Assembly (NCBI RefSeq): GCF_009834535.1
Contig: NC_045696.1
Span: 22,322,001 to 22,386,000, forward strand
Direction of reading: 5' to 3'
Length of the DNA: 64,000 nt
Source of the DNA: Camelus ferus
Lineage: Eukaryota
Shown: one piece after another, positions 10,770 through 23,604 of the stretch
Position numbering within the stretch: position 1 is the stretch's first letter
Layout of the letters: each line of letters begins with the position of its first letter
The notes under the pieces: generated by a model
What the model was told of the DNA's origin: nothing
Database searches by the model: none
What the model saw: the letters and a program-made list of their open reading frames with translations, nothing else
Translations under genes and position numbers: made by a program

Positions 10770-11346
10770 TGTTACCCCAAAACTGGACTCACTTCTTGGC
10801 AGCTGTCGAGCCAAAAGATACAACCAAGCCAAAGATCTGGAGAAGGAAGGCTTTATTACCTACAGCCCAAGAGAACACCGGGAATCTTTCTCAAAGCAGT
10901 GTCTCCCCAACAGCAACATTGGGGAAGTTTTAAGATAAGGATATATGCACATTCATGAAGGGACTTGAGCAGAGGCGAGTTCAGCATAGAATTGGGGCAA
11001 AGATTGACTGAAGTCATAAGGGTCATCATCATCTTTCCTTCTTCCACCTGGATAACGGGTCTTAGTTCCTGTAAAACTCAGATATGTATCAGGTTGCCTT
11101 GCATATCCCTTGAGGACAAACAAGGATTCTGCTTTATCGCTGAACTACTGTTAATTGACTGCTTTTCCTTTGTTCCTGCATTCCCTCACCTCCCTTAAGA
11201 TCATTAATTTCTGAGACCTGTTCAAGGGCAAAGGCATCGTGGCCAGTAGACCACAAAATGGCTTAGGCCAAAAGTGGCTTCTCTTGTGTCAAGAAAGCCA
11301 TGCCTCGTTCTCTTTCTCTGAGAACCTCCTACCCTGTCTGCTTACA
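10770..11346 (-). mobile_element. Solo ERV1 LTR
   Basis: TGTTAC...TTACA with a perfect 4-bp TSD ATTT; minus-strand AATAAA near 10852. Confidence 0.88.
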
Positions 11347-11764
11347 ATTTTACAGAATGTCTTCTACTTTTTTAGATTCCTGAGCACAGATTTTGCCAAA
11401 TGTATCATCTCTAAGATTTAAGTAAATTTCAAAGAAGCATTTTATCTTATTTAGCAAACTTTTTAAAAAAATTACATTAAAACTGGGTGGAAAAGTTATA
11501 TGAAGTCATCTTTAGACTTAGGTTTATGAGTACATTAATTCAGATAAACAGTAGCTGAAATTATGCAGTAATCTGAAACTTCTTAATGACACTTGAAACA
11601 GCTTTTGTGGTTGTTGTCAGCTTGGAAATTATGTCTCATGGAAGCTACAATGAGATAATCTCTTTAATTCTGGAACATTCAAATACTGATTGCTTGGTAT
11701 CCTCAAGACAAGCTAACAAACAGTGCACAAACATTACATGAATCGCCTTTTCTTAGTAAGGTCT

Positions 11765-12314
11765 TGTTACTGAAGAAAAAATCTTGTACTCGATGCACAG
11801 TGAGGCCAAAAAAACCAAAACTCTGGCATTTGGAGCAGAGAAAGGTTTATATTGCAAGGCCAAGCAAGGACCGGTGGCTCACACTCAAAAAACCCGAAGT
11901 CTCCAATAGTTTCTGGGGAACAGATTTTATAGATGAAATTTGGGATGAGGGCTACAGGGTGTGTGGCTCTCTTCTGATGAGCTGGTGGTGAGGTAACAGA
12001 GCAGAGCTCCAGGAATCTTGTGCTCAGTTTGAAGTTGGCATCCTCCACCTGGGTGGGGGCCTTAGTTCCCACAAGAACTCAAAGATATTGTTATGTATAT
12101 TCCATGAGGAGGAACTGGGACCCTGCCCCAAGCCTGCACTATTGTTTCCTCCCTCACCTCTGCGTTCCCTCCCTTCCCTGATTAGCAATTGTTTGGATCT
12201 GCCTCTGGAGCTCAGGGAAGGTCAAGGTGTTTGAATGAAGCCTATTTCTTACAAACAAGAAACAAGGAAAGGATTTGTACCAGGGAGGATCCCACAGGAT
12301 CAGACTCTGCTTCA
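11765..12314 (-). mobile_element. Solo ERV1 LTR (cetartiodactyl family, partly related to 10770-11346)
   Basis: TGTTAC...TTCA ends; shares a CCACCTGG..CTTAGTTCC..AACTCA block with the neighbouring LTR. Confidence 0.8.
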
Positions 12315-12655
12315 GGACCAAGCATTCCACATTGTATAGCATCTAAACCACCAGAGAAGTGATTCCTGATCCATCAAGAAGGTGCTAATTATAGAGACAT
12401 AAATAACCATGGTTAATATAGCATCTGTCCTTACAAAGATTTCCCAAATTAATGGATTTGTCAACATACCCACAGATGATTAAAACCCTGTGATCACATG
12501 CAGAGACTGATTTATGCCTCAGAATTAAAGGATTTTCACCTCTTCCAAGCCTGGAATATAAAGGCTTGTGAAGCAAGACATCTTCTTTCCCAAGAATGAT
12601 AATGCTGTTCTTAATAAGAAGTGAAGGTTTCTCACTGTTCTGCTTCCCTTACCAA

Positions 12656-13186
12656 TGTTGGGGAGGGGAAATTTCCCTTCTTTCCCTTCTTAGTTCTTTT
12701 GTCTGGCAATTAAAATGACGTAAGGCAGATTAAGAGGAGAAAATCAAATGTATTATGGGCACACAGGGAAGTCTCATGGGAATGAAGAATCCCAAAGACA
12801 GCAAGGCAAGGTGAGGTGTATGTATATATACTGGAGGTGGGGGTCTGAGGCTTCAAGGGAAGTAAGGTAATTTGCAGGAAGATAAAAAGAGTTAATGTTT
12901 GGTAAACAAATGTTTGCTGCTGGGCCATCCAAAGACAATGGGACACAGAGAGGACTTTGATTAAATGGGCTTTGCTAAGTTCTTCCCTGTCCACCACACC
13001 TAATACTTTACACACCCCGCAAGTGATAGCTTCTTCCTAGGACAAACCTATCTTAAATTCTGTTAGGCAGTAAGAGGAAGCTCAAAGGTTTTTTCTGAGT
13101 CTTTTGGGTCTTGATTGTTTTCAGCTCAAAATTACCCTAATGCCAGAAGAGGCACATCCTGGGGCAGCCTCCCCTTAGCACCATCA
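12656..13186 (-). mobile_element. Solo ERV1 LTR, MER34-like
   Basis: TG..CA ends; near-TSD CCAA/CTAA; terminal CAGCTCAAAAT..ATGCCA..GGCACATCCTGGGG motif typical of the MER34 group. Confidence 0.75.
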
Positions 13187-13769
13187 CTAAGAACATCGGT
13201 TTTATGAATTAATACCATCCAAGTCATCTGTTTACCCCTAAGCAAATGGACTTATAAATATATATATTTTTAGTTTTATATCATGTGTGTAATATTTATA
13301 AATCAACCCTTAGCCAGAGACCCAGAATTTTTTTTCAAATTCCTAATAATGCAGATTCCAAAATGAACACATAAAAGTGATACATTTATACAGAGTGAAA
13401 TTCAGAATTTTATCGATGGCCTTTTTTTAATGTTTAAGAGTAATACCTGTTTCTTCCAGTTGCTTTCCTCTTGCCCTGTCCAAAGAACCTCTTTTTACCC
13501 ACTCAGTCTTATGCCAGCTTACAGAAGGGCAAAAGTGGGATCTTGGTGTTTAATTTTTATTTTATTTTTTCAGTAACTCTGAAACAATCACCCTGTTTTT
13601 GGTGTCACCTTTATCCCACTCTCAAATGTGCCTTAGGTGACCAAATCCTGAAACTCTGTGAAGCTTCCTTTGAACCACTGCTGGCTTAGAATTCAACTTT
13701 CTTGAGTTCTTTCAGTCTTTAAGCTTTATACATCTGCTTTTCAGTTTCCAAAAATTTGTGTTTTTCTTT

Positions 13770-13915
13770 TTTTTAACATCTTTATTGTGGTATGATTCCT
13801 ATACAGCAAACTACACATATTTCAGATGTACAATTTGATGAATTTTGATAGATTTATATACCAATGAAACCACCATCACAATCAAGATAGCTAACATTTC
13901 CATCACTCTCCAAGG
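13770..13915 (-). mobile_element. Old L1 (L1MB-like) 3' end
   Basis: TTTATTGTGGTAT..TGTACAATTTGATGAATTTTGA..ACCACCATCACAATCAAGATA. Confidence 0.7.
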
Positions 13916-14191
13916 GGTACAAATTTCGGATTCCCAATTTATCTCTTCCCACCCTCTTTACCCCTATTAACCATAAGTTTGTTCTCTATGTCTGCAAGTC
14001 TCTTTCAGTTTTATAGATAAGTTCATTTGTGTCCTTTTTTTTATATTCCACATATAAGTAATATATGGTATTTTTCTTTCTGGCTTACTTCACTTAGAAT
14101 GACAATCTTCAGGTCCATCCATTTTGCTGCAAATGGCATTTTTAATTTTTAATGGCTGAGTAGTATTCCATTGTGTGTATGTGTGTACATA

Positions 14192-14243
<52 letters not shown>

Positions 14244-14963
14244 TATATATATATATATATGCCACATCTTCTTTATCCAGTCATCTATCAATGGACATTT
14301 AGGTTGTTTCCATGTCTTGGCTATTGTAAATAATGCTGCTGTGAACACTGAGGTGTATGTATATTTTAGAATTAAAGTTTCCTCTGGATATATGCCCAGG
14401 AGTGGGATTGCTGGATCATATGGTTAAGTCTATTTTTAGTTTTTTAAGGACCCTCCATATTGTCCTTCATAGTGTCTATACCAATTTACATTCCCACCAA
14501 CAGTGTAGGAGGGTTCCTTTTTCTCCACACACTCTCCAATATTTGTCCTTTGTCGACTTTTTAATGATGGCCATTCTGACTGGTATAAGGTGATATCTCA
14601 TTGTAGTTTCGATTTGCATTTCTTTGATAATTATCAGTGTTAAGCATCTTTTCATGTGCCTATTGGCCATCTGGATGTCTTCTTTGGAGAGATATCTATT
14701 TAGGTCTTCTGCCCATTTTTTGATTGGGTTGTTTGTTTTCTGATATTAAGCCAAATGAACTATTTGTATATTTTGGAAATTAGTCCCTTGTTGGTTGCAT
14801 CATTTGCAAATATCTTCTCCCATTCTGTAGCTTGTCTTTTCGTTTTGTTGATGGTATCCTTAGCTGTGCAAAAGCTTTTAAGTTTAATTAGATCCCATTT
14901 GTTTATTTTTGCTTTTATTTCCATTACTCTAGGAGCTGGTTTGAAAAAAATATTGCTGTGATT
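13916..14963 (-). mobile_element. 5'-truncated L1 (ORF2 C-terminus plus 3'UTR)
   Basis: ORF-track peptides [37 protein letters not shown] and [19 protein letters not shown] are L1 ORF2p C-terminal sequence. Confidence 0.95.
14172..14260. repeat. Compound (TG)n(TA)n microsatellite inside the L1
   Basis: Directly visible. Confidence 0.95.
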
Positions 14964-15090
14964 TAAAAAATTTGGTATTGTTTTCTTCTGTCCTGTTATC
15001 TTTGTCCTTGTACCTGGATGGAGGCCCCTTGAAAAAATCCATTTACAGTAATTTTTTTTTCTCACAAGCAAGTTGTTGATATGAATGCAG

Positions 15091-15167
15091 TTTTTTTTTT
15101 TTTTTAATGGAGGTATTGGGCACTGAACCTCACTAAGCATGTGCTTTACCACTGAGCTATACCCTCC
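15091..15167 (-). mobile_element. Camelid Vic-1-type tRNA-derived SINE (internally deleted)
   Basis: Reverse complement GGAGGGTATAGCTCAGTGGTAAAGCACATGCTTAG...TACCTCCATTAAAAA. Confidence 0.85.
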
Positions 15168-15518
15168 ACTCGCCCCCCTCCCCTACCCCCGTTTACTGTA
15201 ATTTTAATGAGATTTTTCTTTGGGAGGAATAGAGGCAAATGCACGTGTATAGTTCTCCATCTTTATTCAAAAATCTTCCCTCAATTCGGGTGAAATGTCC
15301 CCATGCGTAGTGAAATTTTTAAAGTCTAAAGAGAATTAATATCTTTACCCTTCTCTAAATAATACAAGAATCTTAGACTGGTTTAACACCTATCAAATCC
15401 CTCTCCTAATTTATTATAATCCATTGTTTTTACTGTATCCACTTTATGATTATATATTGTCTTTTTTTTTTTTTTTTTTTTTTTTTTTTGTATAGCCGAG
15501 GTTTAATTAGACTTGTCT

Positions 15519-15950
15519 TGTGGAAAGGCAATGCTGCCTGTCATTCCAGTTCTACAAGAACCAAGCTGCCCCTCCCCCTAAGGTGCGCCCTTAGGGAAAT
15601 TCAGGATGGAGAAAAACAGAAAGCACTCTGCACTTTGGATACTAGCCCTATCTGGTTAAGATAGGTGTCTAAGGAATAATTTCAGTGAGCCCAGACTCTT
15701 GCATCTTCCCATATACAGAAAAGCTCTAAAATCATTAACTTGAGACATCAGTTTTTTATGACTGGCAGTAATCTTTTGATGTTTGACTGCGTGGCTTTTT
15801 TTTTTTTTTTTTTTTAAGCTTTTGCTTAAAAACATCTATATATCCTGGCTCCTCCCTTACTGCTTTGGAGCTGTTCCTCAGAGCTACCCAGGCTATAGGT
15901 CTCAGTAAGGTCCACAGACTCTAAGGTTGTACTTTGGTCACTAGTCTACA
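15519..15950 (+). mobile_element. Solo ERV1 LTR, MER41-like (ungulate type), inserted in an old L1
   Basis: TGTGGA...AGTCTACA; GAAATTCAGGATGGAGAAAAAC and GAGCCCAGACTCTTGCATCT blocks; same family as the reverse-oriented copy at 42067-42598. Confidence 0.75.
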
Positions 15951-16590
15951 CATTCTTCACCATTTCTTCTTGCATCTCAAACCACCTCTGGAATAATTTT
16001 CCTTCTTCTGGAAGTATATCCTTTAGTGAGGATCTCTTTAAGGTAAACTTTGTTTCTGTTTGTCCAAAAGTATCTATTTTGCCCTCATTCTTAAAAGAGT
16101 TCTTGGTATCAAATTTGGGACTTATCGGTGCGTTCTGTCAAGTGCTTTCAAAATACTATTTCCTACTCATACTTCCAAATGTCTCATATTTCTCTAAGCA
16201 TATTAGACACACAATATATATTAGGTGTGCAATAATTACATTCTTTGAAATCTCTGTGTCATTTTATTTTTTGTTCATACAGATTCTTGCTTATGTTAGG
16301 CTTCTTTTTTCATGTTTTATGACTATTTTTTTTTACTGTAGGCTCATGTTTGTGGAATTTATCTGTGCGAATTGTTTGAGAGTTTTAAGTGCTTTCCTTG
16401 AGAGAGAATTTGTATTAGCTTCTGCCAGGATATTAGGGGCACCACCAATCCAGGAAAAATTGAAAACAGATTTTGGCAGTAAGTTTATCAGATGACACAG
16501 TTGATGTAAATTTGGCTCAGAAACTGGCATGAGGAAGGGCTTGTAGTTACAAATTTTCAGTGAGGTTCATGCCTCTCATCTCAATAGTCC

Positions 16591-16760
16591 TTTTTTTTTT
16601 TTTTTTGAGTAAAGGTAGATTTAGTCAGAGAGATACATACTCCATAGACAGAGTGCAGCCTGTGTCAGATGGCAGGAGAAATGCAGTGAGGTGTGGGGGC
16701 TCAGTAGATTCACACTCCAAAGACAGAGTGCAGGCTGTCTTACTCAGAAGGGAGAGTGGC
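16591..16760 (-). mobile_element. Poly(A)-tailed L1-mediated retrocopy of an ERV LTR R region
   Basis: Poly(T) 16591-16606; TSD CTCAATAG(T/G)CCTTTT at 16580-16594 and 16761-16775; body aligns to 9137-9298 of the solo LTR. Confidence 0.8.
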
Positions 16761-17029
16761 CTCAATAGGCCTTTTAAATAAAATAACAATCCGGTGCTCT
16801 GTAGGTTAGGTATATGGAGAAATCACACGACGTCTTCCTTTGCTGATAGCCGTCCAGATTTGTTCACTTAGCTGGCTCCATTCAGTTTGTTGAATCACCT
16901 GAAAAACATGATATTTAGTTGCTTTTGTGAGATTCTCTAGTGTCTGAGTAGAATAAGTAAATCTTTGTCGAGGATTTCCTCAGTCATTTTTCTTCAAAAT
17001 TCCTAAGTGAGGCATTTCTAAAGCCACAT

Positions 17030-17215
17030 TTTAACTTTCACAGGCCCTGGGTATTTTTGCCTTTGTGAACCCCTTGCATCATTAAAAAACATTTTTTTAA
17101 ATTGTCTTATATGGCTGTGTTGATATAAAGACAAATTTAATCCAAACTAGATCATATTATTTCTTCTGATTTTAAAGGAACTGAAAACATTTTCACAGGC
17201 CCTGAGCAAGCTGCC
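17030..17215. mobile_element. hAT DNA transposon relic (ORSL-like)
   Basis: GGCCCTGGG..TTTTGCCTTTGTG..CCCC...GATATAAAGACAAATTTAATCCA..CTGATTTTAAA..CATTTTCACAGGCCC. Confidence 0.5.
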
Positions 17216-20200
17216 TCCGGGCTTTGCTTGTCTCTTCCTCCCTCTCTCCACCCCAGTGTCAGTTGTTCTGATGATTCCAATAATATTAAAGGTTTTCTTT
17301 GAAAGGAAAAGAGAGGAATCAGTTTACAAATTTCTCTCTCATCTCTGTCTCTATTTCACTTCTTTTGCCAAAAGTCTAGCCTATCCTTAAGGTTCCTTCA
17401 TCTGCCATCCCTTTTCTCCACTTTTCCTCTTGGGCCAGAACAATCCATAAAGTACTAAATTGTCCTGTACTAAAGAAAGAGAGAAGATATTTATCTAGGG
17501 AAGAAAGTTTATTGCTTATTTTATTTTAGCTCTTCCTTCATCTCCAATTCTATATTTAATATTTCAGCTTTAAGGTGTTTTTTGTTTGCTTGTTTGAATG
17601 AGAAAAAAAAAAAAAAAAAAGGACAGGCGTTGTAAACCAGGAGCTTATGTCCTTTTTTCAGAGATTTTACCCCAACTTTGGTGGTGACTTTTAAAAAGAA
17701 AGTTAAACTTTGTGAGAACTATCATAGTTCTCAGGAAGAAAGTTCTGTAGTGGCTTTCGAGAATGGATGACTTCATGTTTGCAGAGTGCTCTGGGCACTT
17801 TAGATCAAAGATGCTGCGCTTCCCCAGCGTTAAACCCATTTAATTTATACCCAGATTATACATTTAAATATCACAGAAGATGGGTGAAGCCTCATACACT
17901 TTGTATTTTGCTGGTTTCCTTTTTGGCTAGAGGCAGCTGTCTGTCTGATAGGTAATAACAATGCTTTACATTTATAGGCTGTATAACATCTTTCATCCAA
18001 GGAATTCAAAGATCTCAGCAGCTGACTCATTGTTCCCTACAATATCTCCCAACACTTCAGATGACATGCATGGAGGCCAACTGGTTATAGGTAAAGAAAC
18101 TCGGGTTTTGGAGGCATGAAAGTGTTAACAAAGCATCCCAGGGCTGCTTCGGAGATGGAATTCAGAGTAAGTCTTTCTTTGATTAGACCATAATCACTAG
18201 CACCCATTCCCTCCCCATAGTGTTAGCTCTTTATGGGCTTCCATTACGTTTATGGTAAAGATAATACTCCTTAACTATGAAGGGATTAGCTCTTACCTGC
18301 CTCTCCGAGCCCATCTCATACTCCTTACTCTCCCCCTTGGCTACAGCCACTTTGCCTGTGCTGTTCCCTCTGCCCAGAACGCTTGACTGTCTCAAGTGGG
18401 TATCTCCTAGTCATCCTTCCTGCTCCCCATCATGTTCCTCCCTAGGGGACCCCTGGACTAAATCAAATTCCAGCCTTACTGTTTCTCCAAGTATGAGGCA
18501 TCGCCCCGTCAGAGCACTTGTCACACGTGCAGTTTTATACTTGACTGTGTCAGGGGATTGTTTGGTTGATGCCTGTCCCACTCCCCTAGTTTTCCTTACT
18601 GCTGTAGCCCCCACATCTAGCTGAGTGCTTGGTGCTAAATATGGCCTCAAAATATATTTGTGGACTAAGTTAATTTAGATTTTAGGAAGAATGTTCTTTC
18701 AGAATTTGACCCCAAATTCTGAGCTTCAATTTGGAATTATAATCCAGAAGAAAATGGTTGGTGTTCTAAGTCATTATTCTAACATACCTGAATAGGAAAA
18801 TTTGTACATTGTTTTAACAAGTTAATTCAAGCTAAAACCATTAAAACTCTAGTAAGCTGACAAGAGACAAATCAGGGAAATGTTGAAAGGGGGCTAGAGG
18901 CAGCTCATAAAAACTGTGATTAAGAGGGGCTTCCACAATTTAATACAACGTTTTATCTCTGGTCTTTGGAAATCTGAGATTAGACAAGAAAGCCAGTGGA
19001 TTATTTCCAGAGCAGGAGTCCCCACTCGAACCCCAGGAGTGTACTTCTCTCTGTATTTCCCTGTAGTTTTCTCACTGTGGTTCTCTTTTCTGGACATCTG
19101 AGCAAGACTGGGAGAAGACTAGATACATTCATTCAAGCTGTTTCCTGGCCTTATTGGAGGGCTCACGTCTGAGATGCATGGAGAGCTGCTGCCAGCAAAT
19201 GCCATAGATGTACTGACCAGTTGCTCTGGTGAAACACAGAGTGGGCAAGACTCTCTCTTCGTGGTGACCACTTTGTATGGAAGCATCAAATCACTGTGCT
19301 GTGTGCCTCAAACTAACGTAGTGTCTTAGGTCAATCATACTTCAATTAAAAAATATTTTTAAAAGTATATACCTAAAGTTGAGAATCTTCAGAAGTCAGG
19401 TGTGTGTGTGTGTGGTTGTTGCTTTTTGTTTTAAACAGGGCCTGTCATAATCCTATCAGTGTTTTGGGAAGAAAACTCCAGAGGCAGAACCGAGGATGGA
19501 TCTGCAAAGAGAGTAGGAAGGAACAAAGGAAGGAGATGACTGAGGAAATTATTGTCAATAGTTACAGTAAAAGCTGGTGGGGTCCCAACTCCAGCTGTGG
19601 CAGGAGGGAGACTAGGGAGACATTGTGGAGAAAGGACGGGCAGGATTTGAGCCCAGCTGGGTGTGGGCTGTGGGGAACAGGAAACAATCGGAGCTGTCTC
19701 AGGTTTCCAGGCTGGGGATTCGGTGGATAAGGTGCTATTAACTAAACAGGGACTGGAGGACAAGCAGGTTCGGTGAAGTGTAAATGTTAGGTTTTGGGCG
19801 CCTGGGGGACATCCAAGTGGAGAAGCCAGAAAGAGAGACGACCTGGCTGGAGAACCACATTTTGGAACCTAGATTACACTCCTTTGAGGAATTAGTGGGT
19901 TTTTTTTTTTTTTTTTTTTTTGTATTGGTGTAAATCTCATACTAGCCACGCTGATTTCCTTAATTTCCCTAGAAAACACAAATACCCAGTTAGACTGTGG
20001 TGTTCCTGATAGAGCAGATGAAACGTCATTTGTAAGAATGGTTCTATGAGAACCCGCATTCACAAAGCCAACTCAGCACCCAGGGAAGCAACTTCTCTCC
20101 CTCAGGCATAGACTTGGGAGTGAGGCTTCTTGGCCAAACCTTATTCTCTTCCCAGGAACAATGGAGCATAGAATGTTTAAGGGCAAGTTGCATGTATTAC

Positions 20201-20414
20201 CATGTGGAACTAGTATAGTTTTCGGGAGAAGGGACTACATTTGCATTTAAAGAATTGAGAGGGAGATCTTTCAGGTAGGGATGAGTGAGCTAGCATGGAG
20301 AGATGCTGGGGGATGGAGTGGAAAGTGGGAGTGAAGGACCCTGGTTAGAGTTGAAACACCTGTGGCCCCAGGCAACTTTGGCGACCTTGTTAATGGGTTT
20401 GGGAAGGTAACAGC

Positions 20415-21430
20415 TGCGATATCCAAATATATGTATTTGGCCATTCAGATGACCAAAATGTATTTCTCATATGTATTTGGTCTTTGTCCACAGTACCTGG
20501 CTCACAGCTCCCAGAACGCTTGGAATCTTCCTAAGCAGTTAAAGCAATGGGAGCATCTTTTGTTACAATATTTGGTCTCGTGTTCAGAGGAATAGGGTGT
20601 CTTGATTTTCATAACAAGCTCCTTTCCACCATCCCTGGGTTTATGATAATGAGGTGACTTACGGAAATCCCCTGAAGATGGTGGGGGTGGGGTGGCTGGT
20701 TGCCAGTGAAACTATCTGTGAACAGAGGATTGGGAATTTCAGTCCCACCGCCTGATTTCTGGGGAGGGGAAGGGAGTTGGAGGTTAACTCAGTCACCAAC
20801 AGCCAGTGATTTCATGACTCATGCCTGTGTGATAAATCCTCCATAAAAATTCAAAAGGAAGGGGTTTGAAGAACTTCCTGGTCGGTAAACCAGAACCCTT
20901 TCAAGTGCCACCATGCCAGGCCCCAAACTCCGTGACGACAGAAGCACCTTTGTTCAGGACCCCGCCCTGTGTATATCTTCATCTGACTGTTGATTCCTAC
21001 CTAGCCTTTGTAATAAACCAGTTTTGCTGAGTTCTGTGAGCCACTGTAGCAAATTAACCAAACCCAAGGAGGGGGTTCTGGGAAACTGAATTATAGCCAG
21101 TTGGTCAGAAGTACAGGTAACAGTCTGGATTTGTGACTGGTATCTGAAGTCAGCTCTAGTAAATTAATTGAACCCATGGAGGGAGCCTTTGGAACCTCCA
21201 ATCAATAGCCAGTCAGTCAGAAGCACAGGTGATAATAAGAGCTTGAAACTGGCCTTTGAATGTGTGTTTGTTTGTTGGGGGTAGGGGGTGGTTCTTGTAG
21301 GACTGAGCCCTCAACCTGTGGAATCGGATGCGCTATCTGGGTAGATAGTGTAGAGCTGAGTTGAGCTGTAGGACACCCAGCTGGTGTCACAGAATTGCTT
21401 GGTAGCATACACACACATCAGAATTTGGAA
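20415..21430 (+). mobile_element. MER21-family LTR
   Basis: TGCGATAT..TATTTGGTCT start; CTGAGTTCTGTGAGCCACT..AAATTAA..AACCCAAGGAGGGGG; GTAGGACACCCAGCTGGTGTC. The right end is approximate. Confidence 0.8.
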
Positions 21431-21644
21431 TAGAACAAAGGTGTTCTGCTAATCGGTAACGAAGAAGAGAAGAAAGGTGAAGTGATGGGGGTGCCCAGGG
21501 GCAGTGGGGGTGGGGAGGGAAAGGCTGATCTTTGGATAGCCATTCATAGGTATATAGGATATTTCTAATTTCAGATTGCTAGTAGTGAGAACAAATTATC
21601 CCAACTTACAGACTGAGCTCTAAAGGACTAGGAAACTTGTAATG

Positions 21645-21807
21645 TTTTTTAAATTGAAGTATAGTTGACTTACAATGTTTGTTAGTTTCAGGTGTACAGC
21701 AAAGTGATTCAGTTATACATATATATATTCTTTTTCAGATTCTTTTCCATTATAAGTTATTACAAAATATTGAATATTGTTCCCTGTGCTATCCAGTAGG
21801 CCCTTGT
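21645..21807 (-). mobile_element. L1 3' tail (artiodactyl type)
   Basis: AATTGAAGTATAGTTGACTTACAATG..CAGGTGTACAGCAAAGTGATTCAG..CCCTGTGCTAT. Confidence 0.85.
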
Positions 21808-21981
21808 AGGTAAAATTTTTGATAAAGGAGGAGTTTTACCATTGTGCAGATGGGCAAGCTGTCAAGGTAATCTCACTTGTCTCACTTTTATAAATTTAAA
21901 AGTCAGTTAAACATTCTTTATTCAAAATCCCTTGAAAGATTTAAGATTTAAAAATTTTTTGTCATTTAAAAAAGCATTCTT

Positions 21982-22105
21982 GGGAGGAGGGTATAGCTCA
22001 ATGGTTGACTGTGTGCTTAGCATGCACAAGGTCCTGGGTTCAATCCCTGATACCTCCGCTAAAAACAATAAATAAACCTAATTCCCTCCTCCCCACAAAA
22101 AAAAA
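21982..22105 (+). mobile_element. Vic-1-type SINE
   Basis: GGAGGGTATAGCTCAATGG..GGTCCTGGGTTCAATCCC..AAATAAACCTAATT..poly(A). Confidence 0.9.
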
Positions 22106-23028
22106 TTTAAAAAAAAGCTTTTATGTCACTGCTGAGCCTTGTGGTTTCACTTTTATGTAAACTTTACTGCATGTAAAAGTAAACTGTGTTTAAGTTTGGT
22201 TTTGTTTGTTTGTTTTCTATTTCCCTGGTGCTGCTATTGCTAAGCAAGGAAGGACCATTGGGAGAATCACTGAAAGGAGATTAATTTCTGTGTCAATAAG
22301 TCAAACAAACTTCTGATTTTGCAGGAGATGCTGGGAAGGGTTGGGCATGGCAGTCAACCCTTTGGAGAAACTTAACAAAAGTAAGGAAAAACACTGAGAT
22401 ATATTTAATATGTGTTTATTTTAAAAGCATTTAGGTAGCTCCAGTTTATAGCATTTTAGTATTTGTGTCATTGTGATAGAGATTTAGTACACTCTGGCTT
22501 GACCACGTAGAAATGTGTTTGGTGCAAAGATTCGACTCTGTTAACATGATGGGAATTTTCCAGACTGTCCTGTAGATGTGCTAGGTCCTATTTTTTTTTT
22601 TTTTTTTGAGCTCTTTATTTCAATATTCTATGTTTCCTACTTTCTTGATTAAGAAAAGAAATGGATTTCTGGTGAAGAGTCCCGACATATCCCATATGGC
22701 TCTTAACAAATGGCTGTCGGCTTCCTGACATTCTCTTTGTGTAGATGCTCTTTCATGCACTAAAATTGCTTAATGGACAGGAGAAGAATCAAATGGACAA
22801 ACACTGGCAACTCAGATAGAAACTCAGATGACAGCTCAAAATGGATAACTAGGTTTGGTCTGCAGAACCGCAAAAAGCCATCTGCCAAAAGACATGCCTG
22901 CAGATTCCAGGGACTGACTTCTTAGAATGCTACTAAGATTCTGATTAATTTCTTAAGAAGCATGAAAGCCAAGTAATCATAGCAAGAAGGAAGAGTCTTG
23001 ATTCAAGTTAAAAAAACAAATAAACCCA

Positions 23029-23185
23029 GGGGGAGCGTATAGCTCAGTGGTAGAGTGCATGCTTAGCAGGCATGAGGTCATGGGTTCAATCCGGTACCTC
23101 CATTAAAAATAAATAAATAAATAAACCTGATCAGCTTCCCCCCAAACAAACAAACAGCCTCCCCCCACCAAAAAAAAAACCCCAC
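23029..23185 (+). mobile_element. Vic-1-type SINE with 18-bp TSD
   Basis: A/B boxes; perfect TSD AAAAAACAAATAAACCCA at 23011-23028 and 23186-23203. Confidence 0.93.
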
Positions 23186-23604
23186 AAAAAACAAATAAAC
23201 CCAAGTAGGGTGTAATCTTCAATAGAATGAGGAAATGAACACTTAACCTCCTGTTTTCTAGGTCAGCTCCCCTTCCACTGGTTTTATTTTTCTCCCTCAG
23301 GCCTCAAAGGGCTACTGAGAATTTTTAAGAAGCCCAGAAACCTAAAATATTAGGAAGAGTAATTCATTTTCCCCAAAAATTACCTCCAGGGCGGTATGGA
23401 GTGTGGTGAGTTTGGATACAAAGTAGGGTCTAATGTAAGCACTACAGAAGTGATTAGCAAATCGCAGGCAGATTTCCAATGATGGATGTAGGTCTAGGCC
23501 CATTGAGCAGACACTCTGATTTTAGTGTTGGTTGGTTAGTGTATAGATGACCCAAATGATAGCTAGAATGGATTATCTACCTGGGAACCAACAGGGCAGT
23601 GGTT

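Noticed and set aside
14142..15152. ORFs with recognisable protein-like motifs
   Set aside because: Fragments of a disrupted L1 ORF2 and their antisense frames, not a host gene.
15461..15518. Poly(T) followed by TTTAAT, resembling a retrocopy tail
   Set aside because: No TSD. The 28 bp after the T-run resemble the surrounding old L1 host, so it is most likely an expanded homopolymer.
21982..22060. tRNA-like heads (A and B boxes) here and at eight other sites
   Set aside because: Each has a SINE-specific tail, usually with an A-rich end and often a TSD, so these are SINEs rather than tRNA genes.
22590..22625. Poly(T) with nearby TTTATT
   Set aside because: The signal-to-tail spacing is too short and no TSD was found.
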